Shown: piece after piece, positions 49,241 to 58,466 of the stretch | Position numbering within the stretch: the stretch's first letter is position 1 | How the letters are laid out: each line of letters opens with the position of its first letter | NCBI GenBank assembly: GCA_963768055.1 | Contig: CAVYGN010000001.1 | Location: forward strand, 1,600,001 to 1,664,000 | Length of the DNA stretch: 64,000 nucleotides | Direction of reading: 5' to 3' | Source: an uncultured Spirochaetota bacterium | GTDB taxonomy: Bacteria; Spirochaetota; Brevinematia; Brevinematales; JAOACQ01 | The notes under the pieces: model-generated | Told to the model about the DNA's origin: nothing | What the model saw: only the letters and a program-made list of their open reading frames with translations | The model's database searches: none | Made by a program: the position numbers and the translations under genes

Positions 49241-50314
49241 TTAATGCCCGCTATTTTCATATTCTTCAATCTGTTTAAGGCTGACTTCAAGCATGTCTTC
49301 ATTATTCCGGTAAGCTTTTATCCAGCCGACTATTTTATCGATAGCCGTTTCAAGCTTCCAGCGCGGGCGCCAGTCTAGTTTATGCCTGGCCTTGGTGCAA
49401 TCAAGCTTCAGATATCCGGCTTCATGGGGCCCTTCGCCTGAAACTATCCTGTATCGGGCGCCTTCGCCCCATTTTTCACAGATTTTTTTTACTATCCATT
49501 CAACCTGCCTGGCGTCTTCATCGTCGGGCCCGAAATTCCAAGCCTCGGCGTAAAGCGGCCCTTCCTCATAGAGATTTTTTGAAAGCTGAAGGTAGCCTTG
49601 AAGCGGTTCCAGGACATGCTGCCAGGGCCGTATTGCAGCCGGATTTCTTATCAGTATCTCTTCGCCCTTTAAAATCGCCCTGACGATATCCGGTACCAGC
49701 CTGTCAACGGCCCAATCGCCGCCGCCGATAACGTTCCCGGCCCTTGCCGAGGCAATTGCAGTTTTATGGGATTTCCCGTAACCGGCAGGGTTGAAATATG
49801 AATTGCCGTATGCAGATACGACCAGCTCCGCGCAGGCCTTGCTGGAACTGTAAGGGTCGTACCCCCCGAGACGGTCGGACTCCCTGTATCCGTACACCCA
49901 TTCCCTGTTTGAATAACATTTATCGGTAGTTACAATAACGGCCGATCTTACGCTTTCGGTTTCCCTGACGGCTTCGAGGATATTGACTGTGCCGATCACG
50001 TTGGTTTCATAAGTCAGTTTGGGCTCCCTGTACGACTCGAGAACGAGGGGCTGGGCGGCCATATGGAAAACGATCTCGGGTTTCATCCCGGCCATCAGCC
50101 GCTTGAGGTTTTTATCGTCAAGGATGTTCCCTATATTGTGGTTGATAAATTTTTTCAATCCCGATATTTCGAAAAGCGAAGGGTCGGTGGGCGGTTCAAG
50201 GGACAGACCTGTAACCTCGGCGCCCATTTTATTCAGCCACATGCATAGCCATGAACCCTTAAAACCCGTATGCCCGGTTACAAATACCCTTCTGCCCCTG
50301 AAAAAATCATTCAT
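49241..50314 (-). CDS. rfbG: CDP-glucose 4,6-dehydratase
   Basis: VTGHTGFKGSW, HMAAQPLV, TTDKCY, DPYSSSK, RAGNVIGGGDW, RPWQHVLEP; ATG at 50314 overlaps the rfbF stop. Confidence 0.96.
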   Translation of the reverse strand: MNDFFRGRRVFVTGHTGFKGSWLCMWLNKMGAEVTGLSLEPPTDPSLFEISGLKKFINHNIGNILDDKNLKRLMAGMKPEIVFHMAAQPLVLESYREPKLTYETNVIGTVNILEAVRETESVRSAVIVTTDKCYSNREWVYGYRESDRLGGYDPYSSSKACAELVVSAYGNSYFNPAGYGKSHKTAIASARAGNVIGGGDWAVDRLVPDIVRAILKGEEILIRNPAAIRPWQHVLEPLQGYLQLSKNLYEEGPLYAEAWNFGPDDEDARQVEWIVKKICEKWGEGARYRIVSGEGPHEAGYLKLDCTKARHKLDWRPRWKLETAIDKIVGWIKAYRNNEDMLEVSLKQIEEYENSGH

Positions 50315-51083
50315 TCCAGACCTTCCAGCCGGCATTTCCGGAATTCCAGAGATTTTCGAGATCGATCTTGTCCCTGAGCGTATCCATCGGTTTCCAGAAT
50401 CCATGGTGCTTATAGGCCATCAGATGCTTATCTCCGGCGAGCCTTTCGAGGGGTTCGTGTTCCCAGATAGTCGAGTCCCCTTCTATGTAATCGAAAATCT
50501 GCGGTTCGAGAACAAAAAAGCCCCCGCTAACCCAGGCCCCGTCGCCCCTCGGCTTTTCCTCGAAAGAAAGGACATGGCCGCCGTCGTCAAGGTTAAGGGC
50601 GCCGAAACGCCCTGAAGGCTGTACCGTCGTCAGGGTTGCGTATCTTCCATGATCTTTGTGGAATTTTAAAAGTCCGGGAATATCGATACAGGCGACCCCG
50701 TCTCCGTAAGTCATCATGAAGGTCTCGTTTTCGAGGTATTTCCGGACCCTTTTGATCCTTCCCCCGGTCATGGTGCTCTGCCCGGTATCGATGAGCGTTA
50801 CATTCCAGGGCTCCACGTTTGTCTGATGGATTTTGATCGAGTTCTCCTTTAGATCTAAAGTTACATCGGACCTGTGAAGATAATAATTTGCAAAATATTC
50901 CTTGATCATGTAACCCTTATAGCCAAGGCAGATAATAAAATCGTTAAAGCCGAAATGTGAATATATTTTTAAGATGTGCCATAGAATAGGCTGGCCGCCG
51001 ATTTCAACCATGGGTTTCGGCCGCAGTTCTGTTTCCTCGGTAAGCCGGGTCCCGAGACCGCCGGCCAGTATCACTACTTTCAC
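50307..51083 (-). CDS. rfbF: Glucose-1-phosphate cytidylyltransferase
   Basis: LAGGLGTRL, PKPMVEIG, MTGGRIKR, TYGDG, GFWKPMDTLRD; GTG start at 51083 (or 51092). Confidence 0.96.
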   Translation of the reverse strand: MKVVILAGGLGTRLTEETELRPKPMVEIGGQPILWHILKIYSHFGFNDFIICLGYKGYMIKEYFANYYLHRSDVTLDLKENSIKIHQTNVEPWNVTLIDTGQSTMTGGRIKRVRKYLENETFMMTYGDGVACIDIPGLLKFHKDHGRYATLTTVQPSGRFGALNLDDGGHVLSFEEKPRGDGAWVSGGFFVLEPQIFDYIEGDSTIWEHEPLERLAGDKHLMAYKHHGFWKPMDTLRDKIDLENLWNSGNAGWKVWNE

Positions 51084-51160
51084 ACAATTCACCTGTTCCG
51101 TTAGGTTTGATAATACACCTAATTATATGCCGATTATCATGATAAGTCAAGAACCTGTCA

Positions 51161-51248
51161 GGAGGATTTCTCGGAGCTGCGCTCCTCGAAATGACGGAGC
51201 GACTGTCATTTCGAACGCAGTGTTCGTCCTGTAAGGAAGAAATCCTCC
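51161..51248. repeat. Nested palindromic (REP-like) intergenic element
   Basis: GGAGGATTTCT/AGAAATCCTCC outer stem; GGAGC/GCTCC and TCGAAATGAC/GTCATTTCGA inner stems. Confidence 0.7.
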
Positions 51249-51249
51249 C

Positions 51250-53433
51250 CTAGTTTGTCAATATAGTTATCCGGCCGTATCCGTAAAACAGGCTGTAAAA
51301 ATAACGGGTCTGGACAATCCTCTTTATATAATCCCTCGATTCTTCGTAATCCAGGCATTCTATCCAGAGTTCGTTATCATATAAGTATTTCTTTTTCCAG
51401 CGGTTTGCGGCGGGTTCTCCCGCATTGTAGGCGGCAAGGGCGCATGGATAGTTGTGGCGGTACTTCCTGAACAGATAATTCAAATGAAAGGCCCCGATTT
51501 CCAGGTTGTCCCTGAAATCATAACAGTCGTATTCTTCCTTCTTCATATTTTTTTTAATGATGTCGGCAGTCGCCGGCATAAGCTGGGCCAGACCCGCGGC
51601 CCCTACGGGAGAGATCGAACTCTTGTTGAAATGGCTTTCCTCCCTGAATACCGAAAGGGACCAGAGAGCGTCGTTGGTGTTTTTTGAAAAAGCCAGAACA
51701 TCGTCGAAATAAAGCAGGGGATACAATGCTTTTTTCAATTTTTCATCCAGGAGAGGATAGTATTCCCTTCCACCGCAGAGTTTCGTTATATAAATGTTGA
51801 GCCTTGCCAGAGCCACACCGTCAAGCCCCAGAGCCCTGTAAAAATCCCCATAGTTTAACGCCGCTTTATATCTGCTGAGAGGGTCCGTAATTCTTCTTTC
51901 AAGGATATTGAAAATCTCATGATTATAGCTGAGCAAACCCCTGTTTACAAAAGAGAACCATTTCATGGGAATGATCCCCGCATCGTCGGAAAAAGTTTTA
52001 CTTAACTCCTCCCGGAAATCATTCTCAAGCCTAGATTTGTCAGTTGAAAATTCCGTATCGTTAAGGGCGGTAAATGAGCTTAGCCTGTCCGCAGGGGCCA
52101 TATGGATATTATTCTTTCTGAAATCGGCTATTTCAGAGTTGTAGATATTGGAAAAGGAGGAACGAAGGCTTGACTCGTAATTTCCCGAAACTATTCCCTC
52201 AAAAGTAAAGGGATGGTATAGATATACCTTAAGGAAGCTTGAATAAGCCGATGAGTTGTCCCCGTCGATCAAATCGAAAAGGGCGTTTACATAAAGAAAA
52301 TATCCGTCGTTTTCATTTTTTTTCAGCATCGCCAGGGCGAAATTCCTGGCCCAAGCCCTGTTATTCTGTAAAAGGATCCTGAAAATCCTCCTGTTGCCGC
52401 CTTCATCGATTCCGCCCTTTAAATCTTTTACCCAGGCGTATAGTTCGTCAGGCTTATGCAATTTATCAAGCACTCTGATCCAATCCGAAGCGAGTTCTAA
52501 AGGGTATTTTTCCATAACCTTCCTGAGTAAAAGATAAGCTTCCCCGTTACGGCCATGTTCCTGGAGAATACTGGAGAAAAACTCCGCAATATCCGCGGTA
52601 TATTTCCCCCGGTTGAATCCGTCGTCAAATAATTTCATCGCCCCGGCAAAATCCCCCTTCCTGCATAAAAGGAAAAGGCGGTTCCGGAATATAAGGTCCT
52701 CGTCGTTGGTATATTGTGCGTATCTATTCAGGAGGTAGCCGGCTTTATCGTCCATATTGAATTTATAAAATACGCCGAGCGAGGGTATCAGCCGGTCGGC
52801 GGGAATTCTGTCCAGATCGTTTTGTCCGATAAGGTTGGTTATCCCGGTAAACACTATGTTGAAATCTTTTTCATCGATGAAATTGAATATATTCGAAAAT
52901 AAATCATGCTTGCCCTGGACGATATACGAAAAAGTCCTGTACATAATTGCGGAGGAATTTGTCTGTTTTAATTTTGCCAGCAGATCGAAATTACCTGTCC
53001 TCCATTCGTACAGGAGATAAATTTTAAAAACATCATCATAGTATATCGATCCCGGATCGAGCCGATTGAAGAGGCCGGTTATGCCCTGATTATTTGTCTG
53101 AAAGGTATTTAAAACGAGAGAAAAGAAATAAATATAATTGTCCCTGAAAAATCCCGATTCGGGAAATATGTTAAAACTGTCGGGTGTGATCTTCGAGAAC
53201 TCCTCCGACGCGTTTTTATAGTCTTTCAGTTCCTGGTAATCCCTCCCGAGAAGATAAATCCCGATGGGAGTTAATGAACTGTTCGTATCAAGCAGCGCAA
53301 TGGACCGGCGGTAACTGCCCTCCTTGTAAAGTTTGAGTGCGTCATCGAAATTATCCGGGTAAATATAGCCGTAAATTAAAAAAAACAATAAGACGACAGG
53401 AAGGGCCTTCATGCAAATCTCGCCAAAGAACAT
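51250..53433 (-). CDS. Soluble lytic transglycosylase (Slt-like, TPR-like N-terminus)
   Basis: C-terminal REES, GLAQLMP.TA, AAYNAG, ESRDYIKR motifs; signal peptide. Confidence 0.9.
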   Translation of the reverse strand: MFFGEICMKALPVVLLFFLIYGYIYPDNFDDALKLYKEGSYRRSIALLDTNSSLTPIGIYLLGRDYQELKDYKNASEEFSKITPDSFNIFPESGFFRDNYIYFFSLVLNTFQTNNQGITGLFNRLDPGSIYYDDVFKIYLLYEWRTGNFDLLAKLKQTNSSAIMYRTFSYIVQGKHDLFSNIFNFIDEKDFNIVFTGITNLIGQNDLDRIPADRLIPSLGVFYKFNMDDKAGYLLNRYAQYTNDEDLIFRNRLFLLCRKGDFAGAMKLFDDGFNRGKYTADIAEFFSSILQEHGRNGEAYLLLRKVMEKYPLELASDWIRVLDKLHKPDELYAWVKDLKGGIDEGGNRRIFRILLQNNRAWARNFALAMLKKNENDGYFLYVNALFDLIDGDNSSAYSSFLKVYLYHPFTFEGIVSGNYESSLRSSFSNIYNSEIADFRKNNIHMAPADRLSSFTALNDTEFSTDKSRLENDFREELSKTFSDDAGIIPMKWFSFVNRGLLSYNHEIFNILERRITDPLSRYKAALNYGDFYRALGLDGVALARLNIYITKLCGGREYYPLLDEKLKKALYPLLYFDDVLAFSKNTNDALWSLSVFREESHFNKSSISPVGAAGLAQLMPATADIIKKNMKKEEYDCYDFRDNLEIGAFHLNYLFRKYRHNYPCALAAYNAGEPAANRWKKKYLYDNELWIECLDYEESRDYIKRIVQTRYFYSLFYGYGRITILTN

Positions 53434-55013
53434 TAATTCGTTTCGAAAAGCAGGTCTAAGAAACCCCTTTCTACATTGACTTTTTTTACTATAATATTGA
53501 CGCTGTCTCCCAGCGTATACTTTTTCCTGGATTTTTTCCCTACCGCGCAGTAATTCTTTTCATCATAATAATAATAATCGTCATCCATATCGCCGTACCT
53601 GACCAGGCCTTCTACGCCGAACATCTTGATCTGTACAAAAATTCCGAACGATGAAACGCCGGTGATCATGCCGTCGAATTTTTTATTGACCTTACCCTCC
53701 ATAAAGCGTATGGATTTTATCTTGTAAAAATCCCTTTCGGATTCCATGGCGACCCTTTCCATAGTTGAAATATGATCGGCGATTTTTCTTAATTCGTCCT
53801 CGCTGTATTCGGAATTGGGCGCTTTATCCTTCATAATTGAATTCTTGATAAGCCTGTGAACGATAAGGTCGGCATAGCGCCGTATAGGGGATGTAAAATG
53901 TGTATAGAATTCGAAGCCCAGGCCGAAATGGCCTATATTGTCGGTATCGTACCTGGCCTGCTGCATGGAACGAAGTAGAAGCTGGCTGACAAGTTCCTTG
54001 TGAGGTTTATTCTTCGATTCGTCAAGGACCCTCTGGAGTTCCAGGGGCGAGGGAATAGGCACTCCGTAAATTTTATGGCCTAGTTTAAGAGCCAGCCTTA
54101 CAAAATCCTGGATTTTTTCAGGGGTCGGTTCGCTGTGGATCCTGTATATCGATTTGCCTTTTTCGGCGAGGAATTTCGCGGTCGTCTGATTCGCTACAAG
54201 CATGAATTCCTCTATGATCCTTTCCGAGTTCAGGCGGTCCTTCAGCCAGAATTTAACCGGTTCGCTGTTTTCATCCAGAACGCATTTCTGTTCCCTGAAA
54301 TCAAGGTCGATGGCCCCTTCCCTGATCCTTTTTTTATATAATATCTGATATAGCTCGTTCATTTCGGATAAACTTTTCCTTAGTTCAGGCGAGGGATATT
54401 CCTCCCTGCCGTCCAGATAGTCCTGTACTTTCTCATAGGTAAGCCTATAACTTGTATGTATCACGGATTCATGCAGAGAATATTTAGTTACAGCCCCGTT
54501 TGTATCTATATCCATTATAATTGAGAGGGTAAGCCTGTCTTCACCGGGATTAAGACTGCAGATACCGTTTGAAAGCTTTTCCGGGAACATTGGAACGACC
54601 CTGGTAATAAAATAAAAGCTGTTGGCTCTTTTCTGAGCTTCCCTATCCAGGTGGGAACCCTTGCGGACATAATAAGAGACGTCGGCGATGTGGACCCCTA
54701 ATTTCCAGCCCCCGGCCGTTTTTTCGATAGATACGGCATCGTCAAGGTCCTTGGCATCGGCTCCGTCTATGGTAAACACCATACTCCGGCGCAAGTCGAG
54801 ACGCCTGCCTGTTTCCGGGAGTTCGATACCGGCAGGGATCGACTCCGATTCCTTCAGGGCATTCTGGGGAAAGTTTTCTCTGATCCTGTATTTTTCTAAT
54901 ATCGAATTAAAATCTTCCGCAGCGGATGATTTTTTCCTTTTTTCCATGAACCGTTTATCTACCGGGGTTCCATCCGCTCTCATTTTACCCTTTTTTTCAT
55001 TCCGAAGCGCCAA
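53433..55013 (-). CDS. rnr: Ribonuclease R / RNB-family exoribonuclease (RNB + S1, short N-terminus)
   Basis: TIDGADAKDLDDA, HIADVS, IEEFM..AN, HFTSPIRRYADL, C-terminal S1; TTG start with AGGAG RBS. Confidence 0.88.
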   Translation of the reverse strand: MALRNEKKGKMRADGTPVDKRFMEKRKKSSAAEDFNSILEKYRIRENFPQNALKESESIPAGIELPETGRRLDLRRSMVFTIDGADAKDLDDAVSIEKTAGGWKLGVHIADVSYYVRKGSHLDREAQKRANSFYFITRVVPMFPEKLSNGICSLNPGEDRLTLSIIMDIDTNGAVTKYSLHESVIHTSYRLTYEKVQDYLDGREEYPSPELRKSLSEMNELYQILYKKRIREGAIDLDFREQKCVLDENSEPVKFWLKDRLNSERIIEEFMLVANQTTAKFLAEKGKSIYRIHSEPTPEKIQDFVRLALKLGHKIYGVPIPSPLELQRVLDESKNKPHKELVSQLLLRSMQQARYDTDNIGHFGLGFEFYTHFTSPIRRYADLIVHRLIKNSIMKDKAPNSEYSEDELRKIADHISTMERVAMESERDFYKIKSIRFMEGKVNKKFDGMITGVSSFGIFVQIKMFGVEGLVRYGDMDDDYYYYDEKNYCAVGKKSRKKYTLGDSVNIIVKKVNVERGFLDLLFETN

Positions 55014-55025
55014 TTTTATCTCCTG

Positions 55026-55358
55026 TCAGTCTATGATATCGATGATATTTCCTTTGCCTTCTTCTTTGGGCGCGGGCTTGTAAGGCTCTTTCTCCTGGTT
55101 GCCCTTTTTCCTCTTTTCCTTCAGACCGGCTTTTTCGCCCTTTTTTCTTTCGCCGGATTCGGGGTTTATCTTATTAAAATCCGCTGAATACTGTTCCATA
55201 TTTTTGACTTTAACATTCGTCTCATTGGATTCTACACGGTTCTTTTCATAGCTCATCATCTGGCCGCTCTGGGCGGCGTTAGTATGGCGTGCTATATTTT
55301 CAGAATGTTCGGGGACTTTTGAAAAAAGAACCTGAAGATCAATAGGTAATACGCTCAT
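55026..55358 (-). CDS. Hypothetical protein (110 aa)
   Basis: GAGG RBS; MSVLPIDLQ...GKGNIIDI termini resemble a small conserved family often found near motility genes. Confidence 0.75.
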   Translation of the reverse strand: MSVLPIDLQVLFSKVPEHSENIARHTNAAQSGQMMSYEKNRVESNETNVKVKNMEQYSADFNKINPESGERKKGEKAGLKEKRKKGNQEKEPYKPAPKEEGKGNIIDIID

Positions 55359-55373
55359 AGGCGCCTCTTATTG

Positions 55374-55753
55374 AAAGCAGGCTTGTAAGCCGGGTTCTGT
55401 TACGGGAAACATCTATCTTGATTTATTCTTACGAATAAATTCCAGCGGTTTACCCGCACTCCAAACCGCAAAGCCGCGGCAGAGGAATGCCTATTTAACC
55501 TTGCATACGAGGGGGCTTGCCATGCCGGACAGCTTATGCCGTCCGCGGTGGTCTCTTAAACCGCCTTTTCACCCTTATCTCCGACCAGTAAACCGGTCAG
55601 AGACGGTATATTTTCTGTGGCGCTTTCCATCCCCGCCATTTTTTTGGACGGGGTCCGGCTCTTAACCGGCCTCCTGCTTTTCTATGCCCGGACTTTCCTC
55701 TTCGCACCTTTTTGTAATCCAAAGCAGTGCGAAGCGTTTCCCCAGCCTGCTTT
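55374..55753 (-). ncRNA. rnpB: RNase P RNA, bacterial type A
   Basis: Minus strand: AAAGCAGGC...GCCTGCTTT P1 helix, GAGGAAAGTCCGGGC, GAAAGCGCCACAGAAA, GGGTGAAAAGG, ACAGAACCCGGCTTAC conserved regions. Confidence 0.97.
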
Positions 55754-55798
55754 ACCTATATTATATATTGCTATTTAAAAGCTCTTTTGTCAAGTCTT

Positions 55799-56722
55799 TC
55801 ACTGCATAGCCGGACGGGCGGGATAATTTACAAAAGCGATTTCTTTTACGCTTAAGGCCGGATACAATTCCATTACGTTAAGGTTTCTTTTGCCATGCCT
55901 GATCTCAAGATATACTCCGCTATCGTTTGATTCTACAATCCCCGCGCTGCCGATCTCCTGCTCCTCGGAAACCGCTTCTCCCTCACCCACCTTTCTTTCG
56001 CCAAGATAACCGTAAACGGCGAAAAGATCGTCCCCGTAATCGATGATAATAACATTATTGTATCCGTTCATCCTGCCTGAAAACCTGACTATGCCTTTCT
56101 GAATGCTTTTAATCTTCGTATCTTTATTTAAGAATACGATCACTCCCCTTCCCTTGTTCCTGACCTGTTTTACCTCACCCAGATCGGCGGGAGGGAGAAA
56201 TTTTTTGTCTTTTATTTTGTTGCTGTCTTTAGAGATTATCTCGTTTGTCCGGAAATTCGGTCTTCTTGTAATGAAATATTCGGAATACTCTCTTGATTTG
56301 TTCTGTAAAGGTTTAGCCTGTAAAGGATTATTCATATTGTTTTTTATAATTGGAAGCGATAATACCTGTCCTTCATTAAGATTGCCGTCATAGAGTTTAT
56401 TGATCTTTTTTACAATTTCGGATTTGACACCGTAATCACGCGTTATCTTTGAAAGGTTGTCGCCCTTCCTGACTACATATCTGATCATCCTATCAGGTAT
56501 AGTAAGCACCTGGCCCTGCATTATTTTGCCTGCCCGGGAAAAGTTTATGGAAGAGATGACATCGCATGGAACATTGAATTTTTTTGAAATGCTCCACAAT
56601 GTATCCGATTTTTTTACCCTATATTCAAGAGCATGGCCCTGAATAGCTATAATGATAAAAATAATAAAAAGGGTGAAATTGCGATAAAAATGAATAATAT
56701 CAGCCCCCTTGTCAATATACAC
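55799..56722 (-). CDS. LysM + M23-like domain protein (NlpD/EnvC-like, probably non-catalytic)
   Basis: Two LysM repeats (YRVKKSDTLWSIS, YVVRKGDNLSKI); C-terminal M23-like domain lacking the HxxxD/HxH zinc ligands. Confidence 0.85.
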   Translation of the reverse strand: MYIDKGADIIHFYRNFTLFIIFIIIAIQGHALEYRVKKSDTLWSISKKFNVPCDVISSINFSRAGKIMQGQVLTIPDRMIRYVVRKGDNLSKITRDYGVKSEIVKKINKLYDGNLNEGQVLSLPIIKNNMNNPLQAKPLQNKSREYSEYFITRRPNFRTNEIISKDSNKIKDKKFLPPADLGEVKQVRNKGRGVIVFLNKDTKIKSIQKGIVRFSGRMNGYNNVIIIDYGDDLFAVYGYLGERKVGEGEAVSEEQEIGSAGIVESNDSGVYLEIRHGKRNLNVMELYPALSVKEIAFVNYPARPAMQ

Positions 56723-56761
56723 ATAATTGTCGGTAACTGACAGCCGGTTCTGAACCTATAA

Positions 56762-56800
56762 CAAAATCGGCTCCACCTCCTATAAAGGGGCGGAGCCGAT
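56762..56800 (-). terminator. Probable intrinsic terminator downstream of the sugar ABC ATPase
   Basis: ATCGGCTCCGCCCC...GGTGGAGCCGAT hairpin followed by a short T run on the minus strand. Confidence 0.55.
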
Positions 56801-56813
56801 GTATAAACGACTT

Positions 56814-56950
56814 CTTAAGGGCGGTTCCAAAAGCTCAACTCTTCAAAAATTTAAAAAATTGAAGCTAATAATTCCGCCCTATGGGCCCTACCTTGCTGCC
56901 CCAAAGGGCTTGTCCCCGTAAGGGGGGCAGTTTTTAGAAGGGCCCTTAAG
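56814..56950. mobile_element. MITE-like element (137 bp)
   Basis: 19-bp imperfect terminal inverted repeats CTTAAGGGCGGTTCCAAAA / TTTTAGAAGGGCCCTTAAG (16/19); no ORF inside. Confidence 0.55.
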
Positions 56951-56955
56951 TATTT

Positions 56956-58062
56956 TCAGATAATAGACATCTCGGTTTCATTATCGAACAAATGAGCATT
57001 TTTAAGATCGAATATGAAATTAACATTCGTGTCGCCTATATGAAGAACGACCGACGGATCATACTTCGCGGTAAACGAAGTATTTGAGGTTGAGAAGAAT
57101 ATATGTTCTTCCGAACCGAGATGTTCGACGATTTCCACGTTGCCGACCCCGATATTGTTGTCAAGCTGGCTGTGGAATGTCGTTTTATCGTAAATATCCT
57201 CCGGCCTGATGCCGAATGTAGCATCTTTATTGATATAAGCCCTGGCTTTGTCAAGGAATTGGCCGGGCAATTTCATCTGAAAGTCCTTGAAATCGGCCCA
57301 AAGAGCGCCATGTTTTTCGGATAAAGTCACATTGAAAAAATTCATAGGCGGCGTACCTATGAAACCGGCTACGAACTTATTGATAGGATTCGAATATACT
57401 TCCATCGGGGAACCTATCTGCTGAATGAGCTGATTGTTCATAACCACGATTTTTGTTCCCATTGTCATAGCTTCAAGCTGGTCATGCGTAACATAAATCG
57501 AAGTAACTTTCAGTTTCGCATGGAGCTTGATAAGCTCGGCCCTCATCTGGACCCTGAGCTTCGCATCAAGGTTAGAAAGGGGTTCGTCGAACAGGAACAC
57601 TTTGGGTCTTCTCGTGATGACTCTTCCTATAGCAACTCTCTGTTTCTGACCGCCCGAAAGGGCCCTGGGTTTTCTCTTGAGATAATCGGTTATGTTTAGA
57701 GTCGTAGCTGCGTCCATTACTCTTTTTTTGATCTCTTCCTTGGGATAGTTCCTGAGCCTGAGTCCGAACGCCATATTTTCTTCAACAGTCATGTGGGGGT
57801 AAAGAGCATAGTTCTGGAAAACCATCGCTATGTCCCTGTCTTTAGGCTGCTTGTTATTGACAAGCACATTGTCGATAAAGATCTCGCCCTCGGAAATTTC
57901 TTCAAGGCCGGCGAGCATTCTCAGGGTTGTGGACTTGCCGCAGCCGGAAGGTCCGACAAGAATGACGAATTCCCTGTCCTTGATCTCGAGGTTAACGTCT
58001 TTAACCGCAACAACACCTCCTTCATAAACTTTAGTGACGTGTTTAAACAACACTTCAGCCAT
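56956..58062 (-). CDS. Sugar ABC transporter ATPase (MalK/MsmX/UgpC family)
   Basis: GPSGCGKST, VFQNYALYPHM, LSGGQKQR, DEPLSNLDAKLR, C-terminal TOBE; no permease nearby. Confidence 0.95.
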   Translation of the reverse strand: MAEVLFKHVTKVYEGGVVAVKDVNLEIKDREFVILVGPSGCGKSTTLRMLAGLEEISEGEIFIDNVLVNNKQPKDRDIAMVFQNYALYPHMTVEENMAFGLRLRNYPKEEIKKRVMDAATTLNITDYLKRKPRALSGGQKQRVAIGRVITRRPKVFLFDEPLSNLDAKLRVQMRAELIKLHAKLKVTSIYVTHDQLEAMTMGTKIVVMNNQLIQQIGSPMEVYSNPINKFVAGFIGTPPMNFFNVTLSEKHGALWADFKDFQMKLPGQFLDKARAYINKDATFGIRPEDIYDKTTFHSQLDNNIGVGNVEIVEHLGSEEHIFFSTSNTSFTAKYDPSVVLHIGDTNVNFIFDLKNAHLFDNETEMSII

Positions 58063-58337
58063 CTGTATCCTCCTAATTTTTTTTAATAGAATTTAAGGCA
58101 TATTACTAATTTTACAATCAATATTTTAAAGGGAAAAACAAAATGGTCAATATTTTAACAGTAAAAAATAAATTATATTATTATAAATCATTAATGCCTC
58201 AATAATCAACACTTTAAATGAAATATTGCAAAATAATTATCATTTTCTGCTGAAAAATGCATTTCAACCGCGAAGAGTCCGGTGGGGATGGCTGGGAAGC
58301 CGGCGGCCAAAAACGGTCCCTTTCATACCTTTTTACA

Positions 58338-58366
58338 TTGACAAAAAACCGGCTCTTTTATAAGAT
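58338..58366 (+). promoter_or_regulatory. Sigma70-type promoter for the cNMP-purB-mutS operon
   Basis: TTGACA, 17 nt, TAAGAT. Confidence 0.65.
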
Positions 58367-58466
58367 ATTTGAGGGCGCTTCTAATCCTTCGGCCCTGCGG
58401 GCACCTTCGGCACCCTTACAGGCGCCTTCGGCCCTTCGGATAGGAAGCTCCCATAGAGAGGTTCCC

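Noticed and set aside
58257..58466. 70-aa N-terminal extension of the cNMP protein
   Set aside because: Spans the promoter and the repetitive leader; the RBS-supported start is 58467.
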